A stretch of DNA of 64,000 nt, taken from assembly GCF_964204645.1 (NCBI RefSeq), contig NC_134030.1, forward strand, positions 10,995,947-11,059,946, written 5' to 3'. A program made the translations under genes and the position numbers. The first letter of the stretch is position 1. Each line of letters begins with the position of its first letter. Source of the DNA: Tubulanus polymorphus (lineage: Eukaryota > Animalia > Nemertea). Below, in pieces: positions 1-17,870 of the stretch. The notes under the pieces are model-generated. The model was not told the origin of the DNA. It did not search any database and saw only the letters and a program-made list of their open reading frames with translations.

Positions 1-745
1 ATGAGCCAATTATGACGCAATTGGCAGCCATCTTGGTGTCATCAGTACTCATTCGTAGGTGGGAAAAAGTTTTTCGACATTATATTGATATCTAAGCATA
101 TTTTGTTACAACAATGAATTAGAAAGTTGTAGCTTATAACGTGTTCTATGATTGTGGTGAGTTTCGAGGTCATTGGTTTTTGTATATTGCCACCAGGGGC
201 ATTGAATAATACAATATCTTAGTATTTCTATATTATATTTGTACCAATGCATATTTTGTTACCACAATCAATTGCAAAGTTGTAGCTCATGACATCATCT
301 ATGATTGTGGTGAGTTTTAAGGAAATAAGTTATTCTATATGGTCACCAGGGGGCGTTGAATAGTAGAATAACCTAGTATTTCCTTATTATATTGGTACCT
401 AGGCATATTTTATTACCATGATCAATTGCAAAGTTGTAGTTCATGACATGTTCTATGATTTTGGTGAGTTTCAAGGTCATTGGGTTTTGAATATGGTCAC
501 CGGGGGGGGGGCGTTGAATAATAGAATAACATAGTATTTCCATATTAAATTGGTGATGAGGCATATTTTGTTATCACAATCAATTACAAAATCATAGCTG
601 CTGACATGTTCTATGATTGTGGTGAGTTTCAAGGTCATTGGCTTTTGTATATGGTCTCCAGGGGGCGTTGAATATTGAAATAGTTAGATTGTTGGGCATT
701 TGAAACCACTTCCCAAGTGGGCATGGTGTCCCTGGACCCCTAGTT
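1..745 (+). mobile_element. Non-autonomous Helentron/HINE-like element with internal ~155-bp tandem repeats (cut by window edge), in a GPS2 intron
   Basis: Units starting gcatattttgttac recur at about 96, 249, 402 and 561. The 3' end is ggcatggtgtccctggacccCTAGtt. The sequence is collinear with 7621-8359. Confidence 0.75.
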
Positions 746-778
746 CCATAAGACATGTTTCTGTTATTTTTTCACCAG

Positions 779-6406
<5,628 letters not shown>

Positions 6407-7166
6407 ACCTTGACATCTTTGTACGTCTCGTGTCGTAGGTATATAAGTCACTGTGTCGATATTAGAGGACGGTCATCGGAGACGATGAAAAGGGTCGTGA
6501 ATCAGTTATGCTATGGGATGTGCCCACGCGATAGCAGTAGCAAATGCTATTTAACGTATTAAACCACGGCAAACTGGGACCGGCGAAATAGTGAATTTTT
6601 GTGAAGAAAATGAAAGTGTAGTGAAACATAGAGGCGACAGTCAAAAAGAGAAAATACTTTCATATCAACGTACAGTCGAACCTATCTAGTATGATTTGGC
6701 TTACAGCAAAAACCTCAGTAATACGATGAATTTAAGAATCCTTCAAAGCATTTTCGTATAAAAATGTTTGCTATGTTCATACGAAACTCCAGTACGATTT
6801 AGAATTTACAAGCTCCCATTCATCTCTATAGTAAATAAAAACGCTTTGTACCTTGATGGTCCATACTTTTTTTTATTGTAATAGAAGTTTTATTACGAAA
6901 AGATAAATTTGACTGGAATACATAACACAATATCGAGGTCCAAGGAGGGCATTATAAGTATTGATAATAAGTACATCAATATAGTGAAAGCTGATATTTC
7001 ATTTATGAGAAAACAACCATAATGAGTTCCCACTTATGAAAGTTGAACTCGTCCGGATGATTTATGCATCGTCTTAGCTATCTTGTATATGTTATGGCAC
7101 TGCCCACATGTGCAATAAATACCTCTATGGGGTGTCTGTTAATATGTTAAGGTAGTTATGGAATTG

Positions 7167-8359
7167 TTTTAAGCCCACTTGGAACTAGTCCCAGCGGGGT
7201 ATTGCATTCACTTTTCGTCCGTCCGTCCGTAGACGGAATCCAGTTATTTTGGGAAGTTTTGAAGACGCTTCAAGGTAATGTCTTGATATTTGGGTTACAC
7301 AAGTATCTACCCTAGACACATCTTCAGCCCAAAAAATGGCCCTGTCGGAATCAAGATGGCTGACTGGCAGCCATTGTTGTTCGCCGAAATCAGCATTTTT
7401 TACACGTTTTTGAACTTTTTGAGGGAATTTTTGATCAATTACCTTGATCTTTCGTATATATTTGAATCCCCCAAGGGCCCATCAGCATAAGAAAAATTGG
7501 GTCGATCGGACTCAAGATGGCTGAGTTCTGTAGCTTCCTACTGGTTTGCCATTTCTCATTGCAATTTGTGATGGGTATTCTTTGGAAAGGGATGTTTTAT
7601 ACCTGAGACAGGTATTTTTGATAGCCAATTATGCACAATTGGCAGCCATCTTGGTGTCATCAGTACTCATTCATAGGTGGGAAAAAGTTTTATACATTAT
7701 ATTGATACCTAAGTATATTGTGTTACCGCAATGTATTGGAAAGTTGTAGCTCATAACGTGTTCTATGATTTTGGTTAGTTTCAAGGTCATTGCTTTTTGT
7801 ATATGGCCAGCAGAGGGCATTGAATAATACAATTACTTAGTATTTCTAAATTATATTTGTACCTATGCATATTTTGTTACCTTAATCAATTGCAAAGTTT
7901 TAGCTCATGACATCGTCTATGATTGCGGTGAGTTTCAAGGACATTAGTTATTCTATATGGTCACCAGGGGGCGTTGAATAGTAGAATAACTTAGTATTTC
8001 CTTATAAGATTGGTACCTAGGGATATTTTGTTACCATGATCAGCTGCAAATTTGTAGTTCATGACATGTTCTATGATTGTGGTGAGTTTCAAGGTCATTG
8101 GGTTTTGCATATGGTCACCAGGGGGCGTTGAATAGTAGAATAAGTTTGTATTTCCATATTAAATTGGTAATGAGGCATATTTTGTTATCACAATCAATTA
8201 CAAAATCATAGCTGCTGACATATTCTATGATTGTAGTGAGTTTCAAGGTCATTGGTTTTTGTATATGGTCACCAGGGGGCGTTGAATATTGAAATTGTTG
8301 GATTGTTGACCATTTGAAACCACTTCCCAAGTAGGCATGGTGTCCCTGGACCCCTAGTT
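7167..8359 (+). mobile_element. Near-complete HINE/Helentron-like non-autonomous element with ~155-bp internal satellite
   Basis: T-run and short hairpin at the 5' end (agcccacttggaactagtcccagcgggg), a (cgtc)n microsatellite, about 4 tandem units (7712, 7867, 8021, 8174) and a 3' CTAGtt end. This matches the DINE-1/pearl-type HINE architecture. Confidence 0.78.
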
Positions 8360-9489
8360 ATCAAATGTTTACCACGAAAATCGGTTAGGCCAGACCAAAA
8401 AAATCCTGTTTCTCTGGCGAGCAATTGACAAAGTGGGTCAAATAAATGAGGGTATTCTTCTGACAGCGGGTAGGTCGATGTAAATAATTTTTTTACTGGA
8501 CCAAAATTAAAATTAAAATTATAGATTACATGTAGCAGCTAGGAGACCACAATGATAAAATGAAGTTGAGGTTTTTGTTCAATAAACTAAAAATAGAACA
8601 TTTTGAAGATATTTCACACTTGGAAATTCTTGAATAGACCTATATGTTTTATATGGAATTCCTGGAATTTTACAATCCAAGGTCGCCATCAACGTCTGAT
8701 TGAGCACAGCTGTACCATTATAGAATCATATTGTTAAATCCGATGTAATTAAATGTTTAATTATGACGTCGGTCTTGGTGCCGACATCACAATTTGGTTG
8801 AAAAAATGATATTTACGAGAATGGAAAGTTGTAGTCAGTCGGTCAAATATATATTTTGGAAAAAAGTTATGTCATCCAAAATTTTGAAATAGGGTGATAG
8901 GCAAATTTATTTCGAAAATGATTATTCTAAATGACGAAGTATCAGGTCAGTGGGGCCCGAGAAACAGGGTTTTCTTTCGTTCTGTTGTACGATGATTTAT
9001 CATTTTCCTGCGTACATTGTACTAACGACGTTTGACTGTATAGCCCTCTAGAATGTCGAGGATGTATTTAAATTTTTTATAGGTGCGTATTCCCATGTCA
9101 ACCCGTTGAATCCGGTGTATTTTTTTTTTAGTTTGTCTTATCGGAAACATGAACAAGTTGTTACCCATTATTACATGTATATTGTATACGAATTGTATTG
9201 TTTTACTGCCTGGCTGACTTCCCATTTCCAGCAGTAGTTCACTTTTAGTAGTTTAATCCAGTCGTCGTAGTTTGTATATTGTTGCCAAATAAAATTTAAT
9301 CCTTTTGTGTGTTATAACACAAATAACGTCTATGGTATTTCATTATGTTGGTGTTGAGTAGTCGACAGATGGTCAGGGTCATGCTTCGAGGAATACAGGG
9401 GTCGTCATCGTCCACTTGCTTCCAACTGCCAGGTTAAAGCTCTGCCGGGAAACCCTCAACCTCGATCAGGATACATTTCTCTGTGCCCA

Positions 9490-11170
9490 ACGTATACGAC
9501 ACGATTTGTTAGCTTCATTGGAAGTGGAAATTGTCGCAAACTCTATCGATTCGAGGGTAATGTTATAATCATGGGTGATTTCAACGCCCGTACAGCAAAC
9601 AAATCGGACCTTAATTATGACAAAATTGATGATGACTGAATCGATAATCCAGAAGCCAATAGAGACCTGGTATTATTTCTAGGTAGTAGCTAACAATTTT
9701 CTATTCCTAGATCTTCATTGTCAACCCGGAGACTGTTCTGTCTGTGCCTCCCAAACTACCAGGCAAGCCAGAAGCAATCCTTGTTGTCGCGCATTAATAT
9801 CGCATTATTTTCGACGTAAATCGGACTTGACCGATAATTGTTCTAATGCTCATGGTAACGATTTATTAGATTTATGTAAAAGTACTGAACTGTTCTAATG
9901 TACTAAACGGTCGTGCTTTCAAAGATAAGAATATTTGTAAACCTTCGTGTTTACAAGTAAGAAGAAATAGTGTGGTCGATTACTGTTTAATGAACCATGC
10001 AGCGTGAGGTATAATTGATGATTTCTAAATCTCTGCCCGTAAATATTTCTCTGATCATTCTCCTTTTTAACAATAGCGGTAAAGAGAAACGAAAATTTAC
10101 CTAGACCGGGACGATTACCAAGTCAACCGTATATAAAAGCCACTGAAGCCGCTGTGCATGGAACGCTCAAATCGAAAATAACTTTATTAGAAAAGTGGGC
10201 AGCCCTGATTTCAATGAACAGCTGACCTCGTCTATTGATATACTAATACATAACTTATCTCCCAATGTAAATGACGTCAAAATACTATCATCAATAGCCT
10301 GACGTAATTGCTGTTATTAAGCTGTGAAGCAAATCGAAAACTCGTCTATAGACGGCGGCGTGTTCGTCGCCACTGGTTTGATAGAGAGTGTGCCCGAGCA
10401 CGCAATAAATTTAGCAAGGGAAATCGTCTCTATCATCGATTTCCCAACGATGATAATTTATATGACGTTCAGACTAAAAGAAAGGAGTATAGGCACATGA
10501 TTTCTGAATAAAAATTAAGACCGGAAAAAAAGATAGTCAGAAAATTAAGCAACGCTCTTTTCAGGAATGACTCGAAGACATTCTGGAAAATTCTCAAATC
10601 CACTCAGAATCCGAACTCTACTGAAAACTACTGTGAAAATCCTACACTAGGTGAATTTGAACGTTTCTTTTGTTATCTCAGTCAGGCAACCGCGGATGAA
10701 AATATAAACCAAAATCTATTAGTAAATGACCTAGACATAACCAATTCGCAAAATGAACACGATTGGGAGTAAATGATGCATATCACCAATCCACAAAAAA
10801 AGGTTCAATAAATAACCCAAGTCATTATCGCGGAATAACTGTTCTCAGCTGTTTTGGAAGGATCTTCTTTTTGGATGTATCATTATAAACACCTGTATCA
10901 TTCACTGGACTGAAACATTTCAATGTATAAATAATTCCCAAGCTGGCTTCAGGCCTGACAATGGCACAATCCAACAAAGTTTCGTACTGTCATCTGTAAA
11001 GAATAAGGTAGAAAATGCATGCCGGGGTTCTGTTGATTTTTCTAGGGCTTTTGACCACTTTAATCACGATATGCTGTGGAAGAAATTAATTGAAGCTGGT
11101 ATCACTGGAAAAGTCTATGTATGCAAACAACGAGTCACGTGTTAAGAGCAATGGTTTTATCTCTAGTTTT
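9490..11170 (+). mobile_element. Degenerate non-LTR retrotransposon ORF2 fragment (APE endonuclease plus start of RT), with many stops and frameshifts
   Basis: Motifs in the expected order: NVIIMGDFNARTA (9559), NAHGNDLLDLCKST, LNGR, SVVDY, SDH, WFDREC (10375), FWK, YRGITVLSCFG, QAGFRP, VDFSRAFD..NHDMLWKKL...GITGK (11030-11110). Confidence 0.88.
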
Positions 11171-11624
11171 ATTTTGATTTGACGATTAACATCATGGTAC
11201 AAATGTAAATACATAATTAGTTACATAAATCTGTTATACATGACAACTATCAGGACCTCGGAAATCATTGTATGATTGTCAAGCCGAGGTCCTGGAGCAG
11301 ATCACAAATGCAATTATGTAATTAAAGAGGAGACTGAGAATGATGGAATAATACTATTTGGATAATGAGAAGGATGCCAAATTCTAAGTTATAGCCTAAA
11401 CGAGTCATGTGATTAAATGATGGTAGTCATTGGTAAACGGGATAAATTGAGAAGAATACATATATGGATATAAAAAAGTGAAACCAATCTCTGTCAGGTC
11501 ACTAGATCATCATCGCTTTATGGCATGACATAAATTGAATTGATATGCTGCCTACATGCAATAGATTCATACATACATCCTAGCAGAAAACTGTCGACGT
11601 GCTCGGTAAGTATATACTACTTAA

Positions 11625-12043
11625 AGGCCACGCAACTTCTTTCTCGTCAGTTTCATTTTCCGCGCAGGTCACAACTCGTTAGTTAGAAATAAAAATGCGC
11701 ATCCCGCACGCAGAAGAAATATCTGTTTTGGTTTCTTTTTAAAAGAAGTAAAACACTCCCGCATGCGTCCCGATAAACAACCTAATCACACTTTGTTATG
11801 TTTTATGTTTTTCTTCACGGTCGCTCCGGCCCAATTCTTACAGTGGCAGGTAAGTGTTTCGGTAACGAAGTGCTTTCCGTCCCCATTCAAAAAATACTGA
11901 GATGCCCTCGATTCTTTTGGAATTTGGAAGGAGGATTTTCATTTCTCTCTTTCAAAGGGATGTAAAAATAAAAATATACCACCCTCGTCACCTTAAGTCC
12001 AAAAAGGGCTGATAAGAAATAAGGGCATTTCTTTGCGTGGCCT
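11625..12043. mobile_element. MITE with AGGCCACGCAA TIRs (Kolobok-like ends)
   Basis: ttaa-aggccacgcaa ... ttgcgtggcct-ta inverted termini. Confidence 0.6.
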
Positions 12044-12165
12044 TATGCATTTATAGTGGAACCTCGTTTATACGAATCTTGCGAGCAAAAGTGAAATTCT
12101 CGTATCAAACGGGTTTCGTAATATTTAAAGCTTGATAGGTACAAATATCTCAGCTGGGACATGCT

Positions 12166-12320
12166 GGAAATTCTCCAGAGTCGGTGTTCTTCGGATTCGG
12201 TGTTCTCTGGAGTCAGTTTTCTCCGAGCCGGTGTCCTCAGGTCGGAGTGGTCGGCGTTCTCCGGAGTCGGTGTTCTCTGGAGTCGGTGTTCTCCGGATTC
12301 GGTTCTCTCCGAGCCGTTCT
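12166..12320. repeat. Short tandem modules (ctccggagtcggtgttct-like), probably a modular TIR of a DNA element
   Basis: About 7 imperfect copies of a ~16-nt unit. Confidence 0.7.
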
Positions 12321-12540
12321 CAGGAGCGAATATTAGTTCAGTCAACGATCAACCGTCAGTATTCTCACTTCGTGGCGCTGCGGACAGACGGAAGAAATCA
12401 GTTTGGCTTTGGTTTTCCTCGCTGTCGGACGTGCTTGTGCGGTTGTGGTGGTTCACGGTTCGGCTTTGTGCTGTGACCATGGCATGTACTTTTGTTGAAC
12501 TGTGTGTCCTCTTTTGTGCAGTTTGGAGTCCGGGGTATTC

Positions 12541-12885
12541 CACTGTGTGTGGTTAGAAAAAATGTGTTCGGATAGATTTTTGAAGCCAACTGTGTGCGGG
12601 CGTCCAATGTGTTTTGACCACATTTTTTAGCGATCCAAATTGTTTGGATAGATTTTGAAAGCCTACTGTGTGCGGGCGTCCAATGTGTTTAGACCAAATT
12701 TTTAGCGAGACATTGTGTTTGGATAGATTTTGAAAGCCCACTGGGTGCGAGCGTCCAATGTGTTTGGACCAAATTTTAAGCGATCCGTTGTGTTTGGAAA
12801 GATTTTGTATCCCACTGTGTGCGGGTGTCCAATGTCTTTGGACAAAATTGCTGTAGCCACTGTGTGTGGACATGAGGTTGTGTGC
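12541..12885. repeat. ~75-bp tandem repeat
   Basis: cactgtgtgcgggcgtccaatgtgtt...gaccaaatttt...tgtttggatagattttgaaagcc recurs 4-5 times and explains the repetitive ORFs here. Confidence 0.85.
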
Positions 12886-14937
12886 GTCACAGGACTGTGC
12901 GTCTTATTGCCTGCGGGATGGAGGGCTCTGTGCCCTGTCCCGGATTGTGTGAGAAAAGAATGGAAGAATTGTTACGTTTAAAAATAAAGAGTGATAATGA
13001 ATAAATGAAATTTTAGGGCAGGGAAAACTCAAGTGGTCAGGGTTGTTGGTTCTCCATATTCTAAGTGTATTTCGGTATACTACGTTGGCCTCACTATTGT
13101 GAGATTTATCGGTCAGGGAGTTCCTCTATTATTTCGGTTTTCTGATCTGTTTCGGTGATTTTACTTAGCGCATTTTTGTTTCCGTGGATTGTTTACTCGC
13201 GCTCAACGCTTGATTTAGTTTGCTCCGTTCGTGCGGGACGCGTGACAAATACGTTACATTTTCCAGTTTTACGCGAGCCTTTTGACTTCTCAGATCTTAG
13301 CATTTTCATATTTCTTGTTTATGGCTGGTCAGCTTCGTGTTGCGTTTGTCCTTGTATTCCATGGGCTTTTACCTGTTGGTCAATTTGTCTTTTACCGTTT
13401 TCCGAGGTGGAAATAAAATTGCAAAGGATTTGGGCGTCTGAAATCTGTTGATTGTTTGCGCTGGTAGTGAAGTTAGATCGTCGATCAGTTTCAATTTGTT
13501 GTTTTATCGTGTCATGTTTTCAATTCTCCAGCCGCGGGCCTCTTAGTTTCCGTTGTCATGGCTTCGGTCATGTTGGCTGGAGGGTTGGTTTAGTATACTC
13601 CTTTTAGTTGCCTTTTGGATACGGTACGATCTGTTTTGAGGGTGTGGATTCTATTTTCGACGATTGTGGTTACCGTTGGGTAACTATTGAGGAATTACTT
13701 TTACTTCCCTCTGGTCATGTTACCGCGGCTGATGATGCTTACACGTGTATATATTTTATCTTTGAGCGATTAGGGAGGTTCAGTCCCGTAAGGCTTTTAC
13801 ATATGTTCTCAATATTGCTTCTTTGCGCTCGCCGTTTTGATCTAATGTTTAACTCCCCTTAGTTTATGGTTTGGGTTTGGGGTTTGGGATGTTAGTTTTG
13901 GGGTTTTATGGCTTGTTTTTTCGGAGATTTTGGTGCGTCGCTTGGGAAGTACCGGTTTTTCCCCATAACTATATATTTCTGTAGTATGTCCGCACAGCAG
14001 GGAGTGAGAATATTATACCATTCATTGTACAGGTTTTTAGACACCGCGTTCTTCCTTTGATTCTTATTCGCCCAGCCATATTCGCAGTATGTGACACGTT
14101 TGAATGAGAAAAAAATACAGAGATCTTTGGACTAAACGCCAATGGACAATACGCATTTGATTTACAAGGGTTATAGAGTATTTCATTGATATGTCTTATC
14201 GCACCGGGTCTTAGATAATTGACGTATTGAGAGTCGCGCTAATCGCTGAAGTCTGTAAATATATAGGCACCTCTTATCAGTCAATTTTAAGGAGATCTAC
14301 TTGTCGTGTTGGCGGATATCAGTCTTGCTTCAAGGAGAAAATCTCGACGAGTAACAGGTAATAATTTCTGAGGTGTCGTAATCTTTGTCAAATAATCCAT
14401 TCATTACAACCTGCCTTATTCGCAATGCTAATGTATTGACGAGATCAACGCGTGCCCTCTGTCTTCATGATACGCACCTAGTTTACTAAAAACAGTTTCA
14501 CACGAGCATTTTGGCCCGTGTAAAACTGTTCAGACGGGAGCCAAATGGGCCCGACCGAAATAAAACGGACCAGGAGCAGCATTTTCTTATCTTAAAATAG
14601 GGATTGTCCCTGTTATTTATTTGGTTGGTAGATTTTAGCACGGGTGAAATTATTGCGTTCGAATTGCAGCTAGTTCCCGAAATGACTCACTTCGATTTGT
14701 TTAACCATTGTTTAGTATCGAATGAGCGGATTACATGTGAACGCGCTCTCTAAGAAGGAATGGGCCAAATTTGACTCGGGCCAAATCGTGAAATTGCGAA
14801 ATGATACCGGCGAAATCGTCTCCGTGTGATTGCGGCTCATGCTAGAAACATCTTATGAAAAGTGTTTTTTTAAATGTCCCGCGTGTAATATTTCCTCGTT
14901 GGATTGTACACATAACCATGGTGGCTAGTAATCGACA

Positions 14938-15020
14938 TAGTTCGGCTTGGTCTACTGGTTTAGCGCAGGGGTTAGTGCGCTTGGAGATATACGAGACCCG
15001 CGAGTTCGATCCGAGTGAAC
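14938..15020 (+). repeat. tRNA-derived SINE-like head
   Basis: A-box-like TGGTCTACTGG and B-box-like GAGTTCGATCC. No clean cloverleaf. Confidence 0.4.
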
Positions 15021-17694
15021 ACGCTCTTCCTCTTCATTCGTCAATGTTTTACTGCTCTGCTCAAGCAAATCCGCGAGCTAATTCGTTTACGAACCAGTCT
15101 GAACATACATAGCATATACTGCGATTTTTCAGTATCGACCTGCTCTAAAACAACAATGCACCTCTCGGTGGACAAAGCGTAGTCGTTATGGCAAGCAGTT
15201 CGAATCGGTGAACCATTAAGGCCGAGGCTAAATCTGCCCACCGGGTGGATTCATATGCCAATCTGACGCGCAGCTTGACTTTGCAAATTGTTTGTAGGCT
15301 TATGTACGGGTTTAGTCCCGTCTGTCACACGGGTCGAACGTACGGTTTACGAGGTCTTCATTCAAATGGTAGATATGATATATATAATACTCCCCGTATA
15401 CGGACATAGCGAACATAAAAATCCATCGCCAGCGCTCGAACGCTGTTGTAAAAGGCTATTGTCGTAGGTTAGCAGCAAGGTTGGTATAGTTACTAGGTGG
15501 CGGAAAATGCCCTCCATTTAATATGCATGTTGTAGTCTGTTAGAATATTTTCTGAAGTCTCTTAAAACTAGAGCGGCTCATAAGGTAAATGCCCTCATTT
15601 GGAGGACGATTGCTATAATATGCGCATTTTTAAGCCTAGTAGAACTGTCGCGAAAGCTAAATTGATAGGTACATGTGTATATACGACTTGCTATAGAGAT
15701 ATTTGACTATTATTCAACTGTCTGTTCATCATCTAGGCCGTTTGCGCTTAGCATAGAAGTAGTAGTCACGACAACGTGTGAATGTTCCATCGCTGACTGC
15801 GACAGTTTCTCGTATACGCGCCGCGTCGGCATTATATGCTGTTATTATGCTCTATAGCAGAGCGAATGATCATAGATATTCGGCTGCGCACTAAAACGTT
15901 TACGTTTTGTAAACTACGGACTAGAGAGAGAGAGATAGCGAGAGATCTACGCTCGATCGTCCGAGGTTTGCGAGTTTACCCGACGCGAGATCTAATCGGC
16001 GATGGTAAGTTCACAGACACAATTTCGCACATAGGTATGGGCTATATAACGGTTGTAGTATATTGACGTGAGGTCTATGTGGTTTCATTGTGGTTGGGAT
16101 ATACGTGCGTGTGTTTTTTACACCGAATTAGAATGGCGTTTTGATGATTGATAAATACAATTTATCTTGGTATAGTATTATATACCATATAATTAGATAT
16201 CCACAAGTTCAATGCGATTAGAAAATTCGATTCCACTCTAAATAGGCTATAAGTGCAAAGCAATATGTGACTGTGTATATAATAACAGCTATATATGTGT
16301 TCATGCATCCTGTTTCGAATGTGCGTTATCGCCACCCCTTTTGTATAGCTAAAGACACCCGTCGTGAAAAGAAATACATTTTCGAGAGCGGACTTAATTT
16401 TTTGGCGAATATAGCAAACGCGGAAATCCTATTCGCAGCACTGCACTCGCTGGGACAGATACGAACGAAGCAACATTACGCGGCAACGAAAATTTACTCG
16501 GCTAATGCTTGAAATAATTATTCATTCAGCCAATTGTGTAAAAATGATCATATTCTGTTAATGCGATTTAACCTTGGTTCTCGATCCGTTTTTCGGCTGT
16601 TGGGTATGGCGTTTACGTATAGTACAAGTGCCCGCAGAAGAAAAATTCGGGATGGGGCTTTAGAACCGAGCCTGCAGGGGTAAAAACGAGGGATCCGGGG
16701 GTCCTTCCCCGAAACTTATTATTTTCAAGACACGATTTGGTGTATTCTGAGTCATCTTCACATCACTTCTACCTTGGAATAAATGCGAGATAAATAAGCA
16801 TTAATGTTGTATGATCATGCATCAATTCATTTATGTCACATGGTTAGGTACGAGAATTGAACTATATTATGATGTTTATCAACTACGGAACTTAATTTTC
16901 ACGCTTCTTGTACAAGTTTCTTTTGATAAACCATATAACACGTGATCTATTTCCATTGCCGAGTAAAATAGAAAAAGATTTCCTGAGCAGCATATATTAG
17001 GAACGTTCAGGCCCATGTAGTTTAGGACTGTAGTATAGCGAGAGCAACAAATAGCCCCTGCAGACTTTTATACTCGCGATTCAGTGAGTCCCAGCTGGCA
17101 TTCGAAATTGATCGAAAATCGTGATAGTCCATAATAAATAAGTCCGTAGGCCCTATATATGAGAGGAAAGCTAGTCGGTCATTTAATTTGTGTCGTCAGG
17201 GTGGACTGTTTTTAACGAGTGTGTATATGCATATATTTCTAAGTAAAACATGCCACCACTCTTTAACGCCCGCCTCGGTCCTGACTCTCATCTGAGTCTG
17301 CCACGATTAGTCTAAACAGTAGTGTCGACTCCTCTACGCGCTCGACGGAATGATTGATGGGTAAAACGCAAACATTACTCTTTGCCGAGCGAATGGTAAA
17401 GATTAGTATCCATAGAATTGTTGTTTCGAGTCTTCCATAGTGTCAGACTGTGATGGTGAACTTTTCAAACCCAGCGATTTGTCTGTGTGCGTTTAATGTT
17501 TTGCTACGTACGAAAGCCGTTCGTAATCCGCAGAGCTCTGGGGTGCCCTGTCGGCGAAGCAGAGCTGTTTATCAAGCATTTTGAGAGATGGTTTTCAACG
17601 AGCGTGCTGCTCGAAATAACGTAATTCGATATGTATCATGTTTTTGAAATTCAAGGATACAAAATGTATATTCATTTCTCGCAAGATGAACAAA

Positions 17695-17727
<33 letters not shown>

Positions 17728-17870
17728 ATATATATATATATATTTATATACTATAGGCTGTTGTTCTTAGAGAAGATTCGTAGTACGGGATCGTGGAGGT
17801 AAAAGATGAACAGCCCTGCGAACACTTAGAGACTACTAACACACACACACACATGTGGATGGATGATAAT

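Noticed and set aside
373-564. Recurrent MTLKLTTII peptide ORFs (also 1662, 8115, 60465)
   Set aside because: They are antisense translations of the HINE ~155-bp repeat, not a gene family.
12043-12981. Cluster of overlapping 60-130 aa ORFs
   Set aside because: They result from stop-poor tandem repeats and show no domain or splice support.
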